Positions 40,180 to 50,530 of a DNA stretch of 64,000 nt are shown piece after piece (the first letter of the stretch is position 1; the number at the start of each line of letters is the position of its first letter). A program made the position numbers and the translations under genes. The stretch spans positions 637,009 to 701,008 of the forward strand of contig OZ246402.1 in the NCBI GenBank assembly GCA_965230975.1, written 5' to 3'. This DNA comes from an uncultured Candidatus Saccharibacteria bacterium (lineage in GTDB: Bacteria > Patescibacteriota > Dojkabacteria > J137). The notes under the pieces are model-generated. The model ran no database searches. It had not been told where the DNA came from and saw only the letters and a list, made by a program, of their open reading frames with translations.

Positions 40180-41453
40180 TTAATATCTGTCTCAGATATC
40201 TCTTTAAGCTGTCCTTGTGGCAGCTTAATTAGTTTTGGAGAGAAAAAGAAAGTAACTATCCCAACTAAAGCAGATATTATTGCTATTAATCCAAAAGTTG
40301 CAGAATAGCCAATTAAGTCAGAAATAAATCCAACAAAAATCGGTGTAAGAATATACGCAATAGATGAATTAGCTCTAGAAATACCAAGCAAATGAGATCT
40401 TTGCTCTCCAAGTCTATCTAGTAAGTCGGAATAAACAGCATCATTTAATGGTTGAACAAAAGATAGTAAAAAGCTTGCTAAAACAATTATAGAAACTATT
40501 AATAAATGGTTATCTCCGGCAAAAGCAATACAACCTAAGACCAGTGCCCCAAAAATTAAAGATATTTGAGATATTTTTTGTTTTGATTTTTGAGGCTTTA
40601 GTTTTGTAATAATCAAACTACCTAAAATCATTGGAAAAAAGAATAAAGATATTATTAACCATTCCATGCCGGATTCTCCAAAAACCTGTATGCCATAAAT
40701 GCCTCCAATAGTCCAAAATGCTGCTTGAATAGCTGTGATTATTATTCCAACACTTACAGTTGGCCAAACTCTAACTAATAATACTTTCCAATACTTAAGT
40801 TCAGTTAAGACATTTACCTTATATTTATAAGATTCATCATTAACAAACCCATTTCTTTTATTTTTAATAGAAAAAATTACAAAGATTGCAAACATCAAAG
40901 CCATTGCTTGAATAATTACTATGGTCAAAGTTGTATTTTGAATACTAGAAAGTAACAATGCAGAGGCTAATATTGGAGCTATGATAGATGTTGTTTGCCA
41001 AGTTAAAGATATTAAAGCCCAATCTTTACTGTAATTAATTTTATTATCTTCATTTACAACAAATAGCTGTTCTGAAAACATTATGAATTCAAAGTAAACA
41101 CCCCAAATAACAGATCCGTACAGAAAAGCCCAAGCTAGCGTGAATTCTTTACCCAAATAAATAGCTATTGGGAATGTAAAAGCCAAAATAATGGCACCCA
41201 GCAAAAAGAACTTCCAGCTTTTTGTTTTAAATAGTTGTGGAAAAGTAAAATCACAAATTAGCCCAACTACAGAAGATGCAGCCATAATTAAACCCATTAA
41301 GCCATTAGACTTTAGTGTATCTGCAACTACAATTGGGAATATAAAAGATAAAAGACTATCTGCAAAAATAATAAAAAAGAATGGAACACAAAATAGCAAT
41401 ATACTGCTTATTTTATTAGACCAACTATTTTCGAATAAATGAAGGGCTTGCAT
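40176..41453 (-). CDS. MFS transporter
   Basis: About 12 hydrophobic segments, GFISDLIG. Confidence 0.85.
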   Translation of the reverse strand: MQALHLFENSWSNKISSILLFCVPFFFIIFADSLLSFIFPIVVADTLKSNGLMGLIMAASSVVGLICDFTFPQLFKTKSWKFFLLGAIILAFTFPIAIYLGKEFTLAWAFLYGSVIWGVYFEFIMFSEQLFVVNEDNKINYSKDWALISLTWQTTSIIAPILASALLLSSIQNTTLTIVIIQAMALMFAIFVIFSIKNKRNGFVNDESYKYKVNVLTELKYWKVLLVRVWPTVSVGIIITAIQAAFWTIGGIYGIQVFGESGMEWLIISLFFFPMILGSLIITKLKPQKSKQKISQISLIFGALVLGCIAFAGDNHLLIVSIIVLASFLLSFVQPLNDAVYSDLLDRLGEQRSHLLGISRANSSIAYILTPIFVGFISDLIGYSATFGLIAIISALVGIVTFFFSPKLIKLPQGQLKEISETDIN

Positions 41454-41609
41454 TTACACAGTTTATATAAAAGTATGTGGTAAACGCAAGCCCTTAGGTG
41501 TAATTTAGTTTATAATCGTTATTGCTCAATGCTAAAAAGCTATTTTAAAATCTAAAGATGAACCTTATAGTAGATATCTTCTTTACAGAATGCATTATTG
41601 TAATTAAAA

Positions 41610-42911
41610 TTGGGAGTTTCTTATACATACAAATTAATGAAAAGACTTACAAATTTATTAAAATCATTAGCTTTAGTTGCTTTACTAATTGCATTATTAT
41701 TTATTTCTTTACCTCAAATTAATTTAAATATAGGTGATTCATCATATAAATATAATTTAGCTGATGAGCTATTAAAACCACAAGGTATTGGGTTTACAGA
41801 TTTTAAAAAGGGTAGTGGCCTTTACTCTACAAATGTTGTAACAGCATCCTTTTCAGAAGATACCACTTTTGAAACAGTAAATTCTGCTTATCAAATTATA
41901 GTAAATAGAATCAAAACTGCCTTGCTTACAGATATTAAGGCATCTATTTCGCAAGTTGATAACTTGTATTCTATTAAGTTTGAGTTTCCAAATTACTATG
42001 TTAACCCATCACAATATGTACAGTGGTTAACAGCAAAAGCAGATATTTACTTTGCAACTGCAGAAGAAACACCTCAAATTTTAGATTTAAATGATTATGA
42101 TATTTCCGGTGAAATCAAAAATGAATACTCCATAAATTATAAAGATCATTTATCTTTCTACTTTAGTACTGACAAGCAAAATCTGGTTTCTTCTTATTTA
42201 AGTAGTTCACAATATTTCTTAATGTATATAGATGGCACCCCTGCCATGTATGTCTTAGATTTTGACAACTACTTAGATACAAATTTAGGAAGAGTAAGGG
42301 CAGTTTCAATTTTAAGCATGTCGTCTTCAAGTGAAAGGGAAATAATTGATTATATTAATATTGTAAAGTCTTATTTTAACTCTTCAGAACTACCAGTAGT
42401 TTTAAATACAGATAGTGTTTTACAAGAAATTCCTGCAACATCAAAGTATGCTTCTTTGTCTGTAATCGCTTTGGTAATGTTCTTGTTAACTATTTTACCA
42501 AGTCTTTTACTTTCACCTACTTTAAACCTTGGAATTATATATAAAAGGTTGGTTTGGTCGTTAGTATTTGGACTACTATTTGTAGGTTTTCTTAAATTTT
42601 TTGGTGCAATTTTAAATATGGATTTACTTGTAGGGTACATATCTACATTACTAATTGTACATATGTTTATTATTAATTGGGGTAATATTAAATCTCCAAG
42701 AAAAGTATTGTTAGCCTTAACTTTAGTATTTGGGTTTATTACCAAGTTCCATTTTATTAATTATTCAATTGGGTCTATTGGTGGAACTGTAGTAGTAGGT
42801 TTAATAGCTTTTATTTTATCTACATATTATTTACCTTTGATAGATTTTGTTAAGCTTATAGCTAAATTTATACTATACAAAATTAAGAATATTAGATTTA
42901 AAAGAAAATAA
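41610..42911 (+). CDS. Divergent SecD-like membrane protein
   Basis: TM1, IIVNRI, EFP, TA...F, IDG, ELPVVL, then several TMs in SecD order. Confidence 0.5.
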   Translation: MGVSYTYKLMKRLTNLLKSLALVALLIALLFISLPQINLNIGDSSYKYNLADELLKPQGIGFTDFKKGSGLYSTNVVTASFSEDTTFETVNSAYQIIVNRIKTALLTDIKASISQVDNLYSIKFEFPNYYVNPSQYVQWLTAKADIYFATAEETPQILDLNDYDISGEIKNEYSINYKDHLSFYFSTDKQNLVSSYLSSSQYFLMYIDGTPAMYVLDFDNYLDTNLGRVRAVSILSMSSSSEREIIDYINIVKSYFNSSELPVVLNTDSVLQEIPATSKYASLSVIALVMFLLTILPSLLLSPTLNLGIIYKRLVWSLVFGLLFVGFLKFFGAILNMDLLVGYISTLLIVHMFIINWGNIKSPRKVLLALTLVFGFITKFHFINYSIGSIGGTVVVGLIAFILSTYYLPLIDFVKLIAKFILYKIKNIRFKRK

Positions 42912-43544
42912 ATGAATACATTAAAAAAGATTTCTCAAAATAACATCTTGTTTATAATTTTAAACATAGTATTAGTTATTGCCGGAGTTATTTATTTCTA
43001 TATTAATAGACCTTTATCTAATTTAAAAGACTTTGTATATGCATTTACAATTGCGTTTTTTGCTATAAATTTACTTGATTTAGCCATTAAGGTGGTTATT
43101 TTAAAACAAAAGAGTGACCTTATATTAATTGAAAAGCCATTAAGAATAACTTTTCTTGCGGGTTGTTATTTGCTTTTATCACTGTTTATTAATGTAGATA
43201 ATGTATTTCAAATATTCTTTATTACTTTTTTAATTGCTGCAATTGCTTTAGTTTTAGATTTTGTAGTAGAACATTATTTGATTTTAATTCTAATGTTTAG
43301 TTTGTCACTTATTTTTCTAACAAATAATTGGGTTTTAGTGATTAATGTTTTACCAATTCTTTTTGTTTACTTTTTTAATAAGTTTGAAACTATAAATAAG
43401 CAAAGAATCTTATCTTTAATTAAAAACTCAAATCAATCTACTAAGCTATCTATTGAATCTTCTAATTCTCAAAAAGCAAAATTAAAAGTAACTAAAAAGA
43501 AGGTTGCTAAAATCTCAAAACCTAGCAAAAAGACTAGACGTTAA
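42912..43544 (+). CDS. Membrane protein with Lys-rich tail
   Basis: Multiple TMs, abuts the SecD-like gene. Confidence 0.6.
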   Translation: MNTLKKISQNNILFIILNIVLVIAGVIYFYINRPLSNLKDFVYAFTIAFFAINLLDLAIKVVILKQKSDLILIEKPLRITFLAGCYLLLSLFINVDNVFQIFFITFLIAAIALVLDFVVEHYLILILMFSLSLIFLTNNWVLVINVLPILFVYFFNKFETINKQRILSLIKNSNQSTKLSIESSNSQKAKLKVTKKKVAKISKPSKKTRR

Positions 43545-43562
43545 ATAAATTAGTTATTAAAA

Positions 43563-44927
43563 CTACTTTATTACAACAGTTTTAATATTAGTAAATTCTC
43601 GTATTCCAAAGTAAGATAACTCTCTCCCAAAGCCAGATCTTTTTATGCCTCCGTAAGGTAGACGTGGGTCAGATCTGACTGGTTGATTTATAAATACATT
43701 TGCAACTTCAAACTTTGAAATGAATTGTTTTGCATAATTAATATCTTTTGTCCAAATTGATGCTCCCAAGCCGTACTTGGTATTATTTGCAAGTTCAATA
43801 GCTTCTTGCATTGTTGTGAATTTACAAACTGCTAAAACAGGCCCAAAAACCTCTTCGTCAAATAGTGGCATTCCAGGTCTAACATTGCTTACTATTGTTG
43901 GCTCAAAGAAATAACCTTTCCCCTTTTTACGATTTCCACCCACTTCTAATTTTGCTCCTTTTTCAATTGATTCTAGCACCTGTCTTTGTACTTCATTTAA
44001 ACCTTGTTCAGTCGCAACTGGTCCAATTTCTGTTGTTAAATCAAATGGATCACCCATTTTTACCTTTGCAAGTCTCTCTTTTGCAAGTTTAATAAATTGA
44101 GTATAAATATCTTCTTGTACAAAAACTCTTTTTGGAGAGTTGCATGCTTGACCTGCATTTCTTAATCTATTATCTACAAGTGTATTTACAGTACTTTCAA
44201 GGTCAGCATCTTTTAAAATAATAAATGCATCGCTACCGCCAAGCTCTAATAATGATTTTTTAATCTCACTGCCAGCAATGGCAGAAACTTTAGAACCTGC
44301 ATTTTCGCTACCTGAAAAACTAACTCCATTTACTCTAGGGTCTCTAATTATTGGTTCGACTCTTCCACTAGAGACTAATAAAGTTTGAAAAACTCCTTTT
44401 GGAAAACCTGCTTGTGTCATAACTTCTTCTATTAAAAGTGCAGATTGTGGCACATTTGAAGAATGTTTTAATAAAACTGTGTTTCCAGCACTAATTGTAG
44501 GAATTATAAATCTGAAAGCCATCCAAAAAGGGAAGTTCCAGGGGGCAATCCCAAGAATTGTACCCAGTGGCTCATATTTTACATAGCTAGCCATAGCTTC
44601 TGTTTCAATAACTTCATCTTTTAAAAATTCAGATATATTACCTTCATAATATCTTGCTAATAAAGAAGATTTTTCAATTTCGCTATAAACGGATTTAATT
44701 GGTTGTCCAATTTCTAATGTTGCTGATTTTGCAAGCTCTTCTTTCCTTTCAATTAATATATCTGCTAAGTTTGTTAGTAATCTGTTTCTCTCTTCGCAAG
44801 ATGAGTCTTTCCATGTTGCGAAAGCTTTTTTGGACAGTTCAATCTTTTGTTGTAAATCTTCTTCTGAAATTTCTGAGTATTCTTTGATTAATTCTTCTGT
44901 AGCTGGGTTAGTTGTAGCTATTGCCAT
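43563..44927 (-). CDS. NAD(P)-dependent aldehyde (succinate-semialdehyde) dehydrogenase
   Basis: PWNFP, ELGGSD, NAGQAC, EEVFGP, GGIKRSGFGRE. Confidence 0.93.
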   Translation of the reverse strand: MAIATTNPATEELIKEYSEISEEDLQQKIELSKKAFATWKDSSCEERNRLLTNLADILIERKEELAKSATLEIGQPIKSVYSEIEKSSLLARYYEGNISEFLKDEVIETEAMASYVKYEPLGTILGIAPWNFPFWMAFRFIIPTISAGNTVLLKHSSNVPQSALLIEEVMTQAGFPKGVFQTLLVSSGRVEPIIRDPRVNGVSFSGSENAGSKVSAIAGSEIKKSLLELGGSDAFIILKDADLESTVNTLVDNRLRNAGQACNSPKRVFVQEDIYTQFIKLAKERLAKVKMGDPFDLTTEIGPVATEQGLNEVQRQVLESIEKGAKLEVGGNRKKGKGYFFEPTIVSNVRPGMPLFDEEVFGPVLAVCKFTTMQEAIELANNTKYGLGASIWTKDINYAKQFISKFEVANVFINQPVRSDPRLPYGGIKRSGFGRELSYFGIREFTNIKTVVIK

Positions 44928-45007
44928 AATATTAATAACAAAAATAAGACATTATCTATATTACTATAGTTAATTGTTTTTAATTCAAAATTTATTATTC
45001 TAGGGTA

Positions 45008-45802
45008 TTAAATGTTAGATCTTAAACTTTGCAAAGCACCATACAGCCCAGAGAAATCATCTAGTTGGTTGGTTTTTATAATTGGAGCATATTTAACCCT
45101 TGAGAATTCTTTAAAAAAGCTAGAAACGCTTTTGATATCAATATTGCCTCTGGTAACAATGCCTCCACCCAAAATAAAGGAATCTACTGGGTAAATCATA
45201 AATATATTCAATACAATTACAGCAAGTTGCTTTTCTATATTTAACCAAAAATCCCTATCTTCTTTTTGGGGGATATTTCCATTAAAGGCCTTTCTAATTG
45301 CTCCTCCGGAAATCAGTTCTTCAAAGCTTTTATTTGAATCAATATTAGCGATCATATGTCCTGGCTCAAAAAACTGTGAGTTTTGCAATTTCCCGTTTAT
45401 TACAATGCCACCACCAATACCGGTTCCAAGAGTTAGGTAGCAAATACTTGAATATCCTTTCCCAGATCCAAATGAATATTCACCCAGAGCGGCCATTTGA
45501 GCATCGTTTTTAATTACTATATTATTGCAATTAAGAATGTTTTTAAAATCTTGAAGTATATTTTTATTTACAAAGTCTGGTAGGTTTGGTGAAAATTTAA
45601 GCACTCCGTTTTCTATTATCCCTGCAATACCACCACAACATTTTTCAATTTCTTTATTTTTCAGTAGATTGTTTAATTCAGCTAATTCTTCTTGGTAATT
45701 ATTTTTTGTATAAAAAACCGTAGGTTCTGATTCAAACGAGTTTAAATCTTTGGAAAAAGCGAATCGCGTTTTTGTACCTCCAATATCAAATACCATGTAC
45801 AT
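45008..45802 (-). CDS. ROK family sugar kinase
   Basis: DIGGTK, NDA..AALGE, LGTGIGGG, EPGH. Confidence 0.93.
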   Translation of the reverse strand: MYMVFDIGGTKTRFAFSKDLNSFESEPTVFYTKNNYQEELAELNNLLKNKEIEKCCGGIAGIIENGVLKFSPNLPDFVNKNILQDFKNILNCNNIVIKNDAQMAALGEYSFGSGKGYSSICYLTLGTGIGGGIVINGKLQNSQFFEPGHMIANIDSNKSFEELISGGAIRKAFNGNIPQKEDRDFWLNIEKQLAVIVLNIFMIYPVDSFILGGGIVTRGNIDIKSVSSFFKEFSRVKYAPIIKTNQLDDFSGLYGALQSLRSNI

Positions 45803-46009
45803 AGTAATTAGTATTAAAATTAAGAGTATTTAAATTAAGCCAATAGCAATGTCTGCTAGCTTAATATAGCTCATTTTATATATTTATAACATCATAAATA
45901 TTAAAAAAATATAAATAGTAAAAGTGAAATAATAGTGAAGTGTGTAAATTTTTATTGTGCGAATAGAACTTATCGCTTAAAATGAGAAATTATTTGTCAG
46001 CATTCAACT

Positions 46010-46810
46010 ATGGAAAACCCTGTAGAAACTGTCACTATTAACATAGAGCCATTTATAACTCCAATTGCAATGGTGTTATCTTCCCTAATTTTGGCTGGGG
46101 GATTTATTATTGGGCTAAATAGCCTAAGCGGCAAGTTAACTGTTGGTAATACAACCGCAACAACAGATACTACAACTGGCACCACGCCAGTTACGCTTGA
46201 TACAATTAAGGCTTTATTTACATCAGATAATATTACTTTTGGAGATCCAAACAGTAATCTTTTATTTGTAGAGGTATCTGACCCAAGTTGTCCTTACTGC
46301 CACATTGCAGGTGGGAAAAATCCTGAACTTAACCAGTCTGCAGGTGCTCAATTTACATTGGTTGCGAACGGTGGTACTTATGTAGCCCCTGTAGAAGAAA
46401 TGAAAAAACTTGTAGACCAAGGAAAAGCTGCATTTACATGGATTTACTCTAATGGTCATGGTAATGGTGAATTAGGTACAAAAGCACTTTATTGTGCTCA
46501 TGAGCAAGGTAAGTTCTGGCAGGCACACGATTTATTAATGTCTAGTTCAGGTTATTCTTTGCTTAACGATAATGTTAAAAATGACATAACAAAAGCTGGG
46601 GTTGTAGCTGACTTCTTGTCATCTGCATTAGATTCCGGTGCATTAAAAAGCTGTTTAGAAAGTGGTAAATACGATTCCAGAATTGCAAGTGATCAATCAA
46701 CAGCAAGATCATTAGGCGTTCAAGGTACTCCTGGGTTCTTTGTAAACACAACAAACTTCCCTGGTGCATATAATTGGACTGATATGCAAAGTGCTGTAGG
46801 TTCGGTTTAA
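46010..46810 (+). CDS. DsbA-family thioredoxin-fold protein
   Basis: N-terminal TM, CPYC, EQGKFW, GVQGTPGFFVN. Confidence 0.9.
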   Translation: MENPVETVTINIEPFITPIAMVLSSLILAGGFIIGLNSLSGKLTVGNTTATTDTTTGTTPVTLDTIKALFTSDNITFGDPNSNLLFVEVSDPSCPYCHIAGGKNPELNQSAGAQFTLVANGGTYVAPVEEMKKLVDQGKAAFTWIYSNGHGNGELGTKALYCAHEQGKFWQAHDLLMSSSGYSLLNDNVKNDITKAGVVADFLSSALDSGALKSCLESGKYDSRIASDQSTARSLGVQGTPGFFVNTTNFPGAYNWTDMQSAVGSV

Positions 46811-46831
46811 TTAAAACTTGTTAAATTTTAA

Positions 46832-46865
46832 GCTGGTGAGAAAGAAATTTCTTGCCAGTTTTTTT
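46832..46865 (+). terminator. Rho-independent terminator
   Basis: CTGGTGAGAAA-GAAA-TTTCTTGCCAG followed by T run. Confidence 0.7.
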
Positions 46866-46884
46866 GTGATATTTGTTAGAAATA

Positions 46885-47238
46885 TTAGCCTATTGCAACT
46901 TGTATTAACTTGCCGTTATCTACATTCATTAAGCTAATGTACCCAATAGTTTTATTTTGAGTAGATATAGAATCTAGAAACTTGTTAAAGTGATCTAAAG
47001 AGAAGGGTGAGGTCCAATTTAAAATTACAGGTGGCGTAAACATTGCAAGAATAACAGTATACTTTTTACCCTTCTTTTTTATAATTATACCTTTTGTATT
47101 TGAGTTTACGGGAGTAGAAGGATTTGCCATGCCAAAATTTGTTGCTAATTGAACAACAGATTCTCCAACCTTATCTGGATTAGTTTCAAAAGATCCAATT
47201 ACTTTTTGATTGTTTAAAAGACCGTCTATAATGTTCAT
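46885..47238 (-). CDS. Hypothetical protein
   Basis: 117-aa ORF. Confidence 0.55.
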   Translation of the reverse strand: MNIIDGLLNNQKVIGSFETNPDKVGESVVQLATNFGMANPSTPVNSNTKGIIIKKKGKKYTVILAMFTPPVILNWTSPFSLDHFNKFLDSISTQNKTIGYISLMNVDNGKLIQVAIG

Positions 47239-47391
47239 TTTTGTTTACTAGTAACTGCAAAGCTTAATATTGCTATGTATTAATTATATCATTCTGACAC
47301 CATAATGTGAAGACAGATATTATTTGCATAATAGATTGAAATTGGTTTAACTAAAAAGTATTATGTATAAGTTAGATTAATATAAAAACTT

Positions 47392-48063
47392 ATGGGTATT
47401 TTTGATGCTAAAAAAATAAGTACACAAGAACATTTAGATATAGAGGATATACGAGATGATTTAGTAATACTTAAGACTGGTAAGGTTTCATTAGTTATAG
47501 AAACGACATCTTTAAATTTCGATTTATTAGATAGTAAAGAGCAAGATGCAAAAATATATGGATTTGCCTCGTTCTTAAACTCTATAAGATTCCCAATTCA
47601 AATTGTAATAAGAACACAAAGAACAGATATTGCTAAGTACATTGGTCTTTTAGAAGATTACAAAAGAAAAAGTGGTTCAGAAAGTATTATGCAACAAGTA
47701 AGCATTTATCAAGATTTTATTAATAATCTAACAGAAGCTACTCAAATTTTAGATAAAAGATTTTTTACTGTTATTCCAACTACTATAACTACAGAAGTAG
47801 ATTCAAATTCATTAAAACAATTGTTTGGTAAGCAAAAAAGAATAGTAAATGTACAACAGATTATAGAAAAAGCTAAAGAGGAACTTTACCCTAAGAGGGA
47901 TGCAATAATAAAACAATATGCAAATATGGGTGTGGCAGCAAGACAATTAACTACAGATGAACTAATTAAATTATATTATTCTGTTTATGAACCGGACAAA
48001 ACAGGTATAGAAGTTCTCAATATTAGAGAGAACGATGTAGAGGCCGGTTTAGTTAGAGGCTAA
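47392..48063 (+). CDS. VirB4/TraC-associated protein (CPR T4SS-like locus)
   Basis: STQ.HL.I..I.DD.VILK.G, NF.LL...EQDA, FLNS..FP.QI; upstream of VirB4-like ATPase. Confidence 0.7.
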   Translation: MGIFDAKKISTQEHLDIEDIRDDLVILKTGKVSLVIETTSLNFDLLDSKEQDAKIYGFASFLNSIRFPIQIVIRTQRTDIAKYIGLLEDYKRKSGSESIMQQVSIYQDFINNLTEATQILDKRFFTVIPTTITTEVDSNSLKQLFGKQKRIVNVQQIIEKAKEELYPKRDAIIKQYANMGVAARQLTTDELIKLYYSVYEPDKTGIEVLNIRENDVEAGLVRG

Positions 48064-48065
48064 AT

Positions 48066-49910
48066 ATGAAATTACCAATAATAGGAGATTTATTACCTAC
48101 AAAACAAACAAAAGATGCCGTAAGCAAAAAAGAGGAGCAGGCTTTAAATGCAGAAGCGCAGGTCGTGCAAAATTTTACAAAAGGATTAGTCAGTGTAAAA
48201 GATGTTATTGCCCCATCTGCAATTGAGGTTAATTTTAATAACTTAGCGATAGGTAGTAAATTTTTTAGATCTTACTTTGCAGTAGGCTTTCCAAGTGTTG
48301 TTACCCCAAATTGGTTAGAACCTTTAATAAATTTTGAATATCCAATAGACATAAGCACATTTTACTACCCATTTGATACAGGAGAAATTTTAAAAATGCT
48401 TAAAAGAAAAATTGCAGAAATGCAAGCTACTATGAGCATTCAAATGGAATCTGGAAGGCCTGCAGACCCTGTTTTAAAACAGCAATTGCAAGACGCCTTA
48501 ACCTTGCAGGAGCAATTGGCTGCAGGTAACGAAAAATTCTTTCAATATGCACTTTATTTGACAATTCATGCAGATAGTATTGAAGATCTAGATAAAGTTG
48601 GTAAAAACCTAGAGGCAACCATGGCCACATTAGGGGTAATAATTAAAGTTGCCACTCTACAGCAAGAAGAGGCGTTTCAAACAACTATACCTTATGGTGT
48701 AGATAAAATTAATATGTTTAGAAACTTAGATACAACTGCTATTGCCACAACATTTCCTTTTGTAAGTTCTGAACTTACAATGGAGAAAGGCGTTTTATAC
48801 GGAATCAATTTGCATAATAGCTCTTTAGTTATTTTTGACAGATTTTCTTTACCAAATGCAAATTCTGTTGTTTTAGCAACTTCTGGAGCGGGTAAATCTT
48901 ACGCTGTTAAGTTAGAAGCTGTTAGATCTTTAATGCTTGGTATTGATGTAACAATTATTGACCCTGAAAAAGAATTTGATAGGCTTTGTGATGCTGTAGG
49001 AGGAGAATATGTTTCTTTCTCTCAAGATGGTGCCCAAAAATTGAATCCATTTGAACTATCTGGTATTTACCAAAAAGATGAAGACGAGCTTAGATTTAAA
49101 ATCCTTACTCTATCGGGTTTAATTAGAATTTTGCTTGGGGGAAACTTAAGTGCAGAAGAAGCAGCAATTTTAGATAGAGCCATAATCTTAACTTATAAAG
49201 AAAAAGGTATTACTCCAGATCCATCTACTCATGCTAACGAAGCTCCTTTAATGGAAGATCTGTACAAGATTTTAAATGCAATGGCAGAAGAAGAGGCTCA
49301 TTCAATGGCTCGAAGACTAGAAAAGTATTTAAGAGGTTCTGCAGCAGGGGTTTTTGATCAAAGATCAACAGTGGACATTAAAAACAGATTTACAGTGTTT
49401 AGCATTAGAGATTTGGCAGATGATTTAAGACCAGCTGCCATGTATGTTATGTTAGATTATATATGGACTAAAATTAAAAGAGATAAAAGAAAGAGGTTGT
49501 TAATAATAGATGAGGCTTGGATAATGATGCAGTATGAAGATGCCGCTAGATTTGTATATTCTATTGCAAAAAGAGCAAGAAAATATGGTTTAGGTTTAAC
49601 AACAATTACACAAGATGTAGATGATTTTTTAGATTCTGTTTATGGTAAGGCTATTGTAAATAACTCTGCAATGCAAATTTTGTTAAAACAATCCCCGGCT
49701 GCTATTGATAAATTGCAAAAGGTCTTTTACCTAACTGATGGAGAAAAGAACTTTTTACTTTCTGCAGGAATAGGGCAGGGCATATTTTTTGCAGGAGCAA
49801 ACCATGTAGCTATTCAAACTATTGCTAGTGATAGTGAACATGGTTTAATTACTACAAATCCTAATGAGCTTTTACCTAAACCTGGAGCTACTCCAGAAGA
49901 ACAGGTATAA
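48066..49910 (+). CDS. VirB4-like conjugation/T4SS ATPase
   Basis: ATSGAGKS, IIDPEKE, LNPFE, IDEAW, KRARKYG, TQ. Confidence 0.9.
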   Translation: MKLPIIGDLLPTKQTKDAVSKKEEQALNAEAQVVQNFTKGLVSVKDVIAPSAIEVNFNNLAIGSKFFRSYFAVGFPSVVTPNWLEPLINFEYPIDISTFYYPFDTGEILKMLKRKIAEMQATMSIQMESGRPADPVLKQQLQDALTLQEQLAAGNEKFFQYALYLTIHADSIEDLDKVGKNLEATMATLGVIIKVATLQQEEAFQTTIPYGVDKINMFRNLDTTAIATTFPFVSSELTMEKGVLYGINLHNSSLVIFDRFSLPNANSVVLATSGAGKSYAVKLEAVRSLMLGIDVTIIDPEKEFDRLCDAVGGEYVSFSQDGAQKLNPFELSGIYQKDEDELRFKILTLSGLIRILLGGNLSAEEAAILDRAIILTYKEKGITPDPSTHANEAPLMEDLYKILNAMAEEEAHSMARRLEKYLRGSAAGVFDQRSTVDIKNRFTVFSIRDLADDLRPAAMYVMLDYIWTKIKRDKRKRLLIIDEAWIMMQYEDAARFVYSIAKRARKYGLGLTTITQDVDDFLDSVYGKAIVNNSAMQILLKQSPAAIDKLQKVFYLTDGEKNFLLSAGIGQGIFFAGANHVAIQTIASDSEHGLITTNPNELLPKPGATPEEQV

Positions 49911-50089
49911 CTTAACCTATATTTTTATAATGCTTAAACCTTTTTTGGTTTTATTAATTATAAATAAATTTCAAACTGCAAGGTTTTTGTAAGAAATGTA
50001 TTTCATAATATTTGTATCAATTGATTTATTGTTTTAGTTTTTAATTAAAACAATCAGATATCTGAAATATTAATATTTATGTTCTTAAT

Positions 50090-50404
50090 ATGTACATGCA
50101 ACAATTTATAGTGTTAGGCAGATCAACAAAAGACCCAGAGCTTTTAGAATCTAAAAAAAAGACTAAATTTGCCAAATTCAGTTTAGCCGTTAATGAATTT
50201 AAGAAAGAAGATAAAACTGAAACAGCAGTTTTTTACGATGTAGTTGTTACTAATAAAACAGCAAAAAATCTTTCTGAAATTCTTAAGAAAGGTGATTTGG
50301 TTTTAGTTAAAGGTAAGCCTGAGTGCGAAGGTTATTTGTCAAAAGATAATCAACCCAAAGCAAAAATAACAATTTTGGTAGATGAATGGCACGTTATAAA
50401 ATAA
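50090..50404 (+). CDS. ssb: Single-stranded DNA-binding protein, tail-less
   Basis: LGR.TKDPE, FSLAVN, LKKGDLVLVKG. Confidence 0.85.
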   Translation: MYMQQFIVLGRSTKDPELLESKKKTKFAKFSLAVNEFKKEDKTETAVFYDVVVTNKTAKNLSEILKKGDLVLVKGKPECEGYLSKDNQPKAKITILVDEWHVIK

Positions 50405-50491
50405 GTTAATATGGCTCGCTTTGATACTATTGTTGAGAGGCGAGCTGGCTTATTTTAATTGGCCTACAACATGCTCCGAAGCCCACGTCCT

Positions 50492-50517
50492 GAAAAGATA
50501 ATAGTAGTTATCTTTTC
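50492..50517. terminator. Hairpin between convergent genes
   Basis: GAAAAGATAA-TAGTAG-TTATCTTTTC, perfect 10-bp stem. Confidence 0.55.
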
Positions 50518-50530
50518 GTAAAATAAATAA

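Noticed and set aside
50411-50490. SRP RNA, hammerhead or twister ribozyme
   Set aside because: Diagnostic core motifs are absent on both strands
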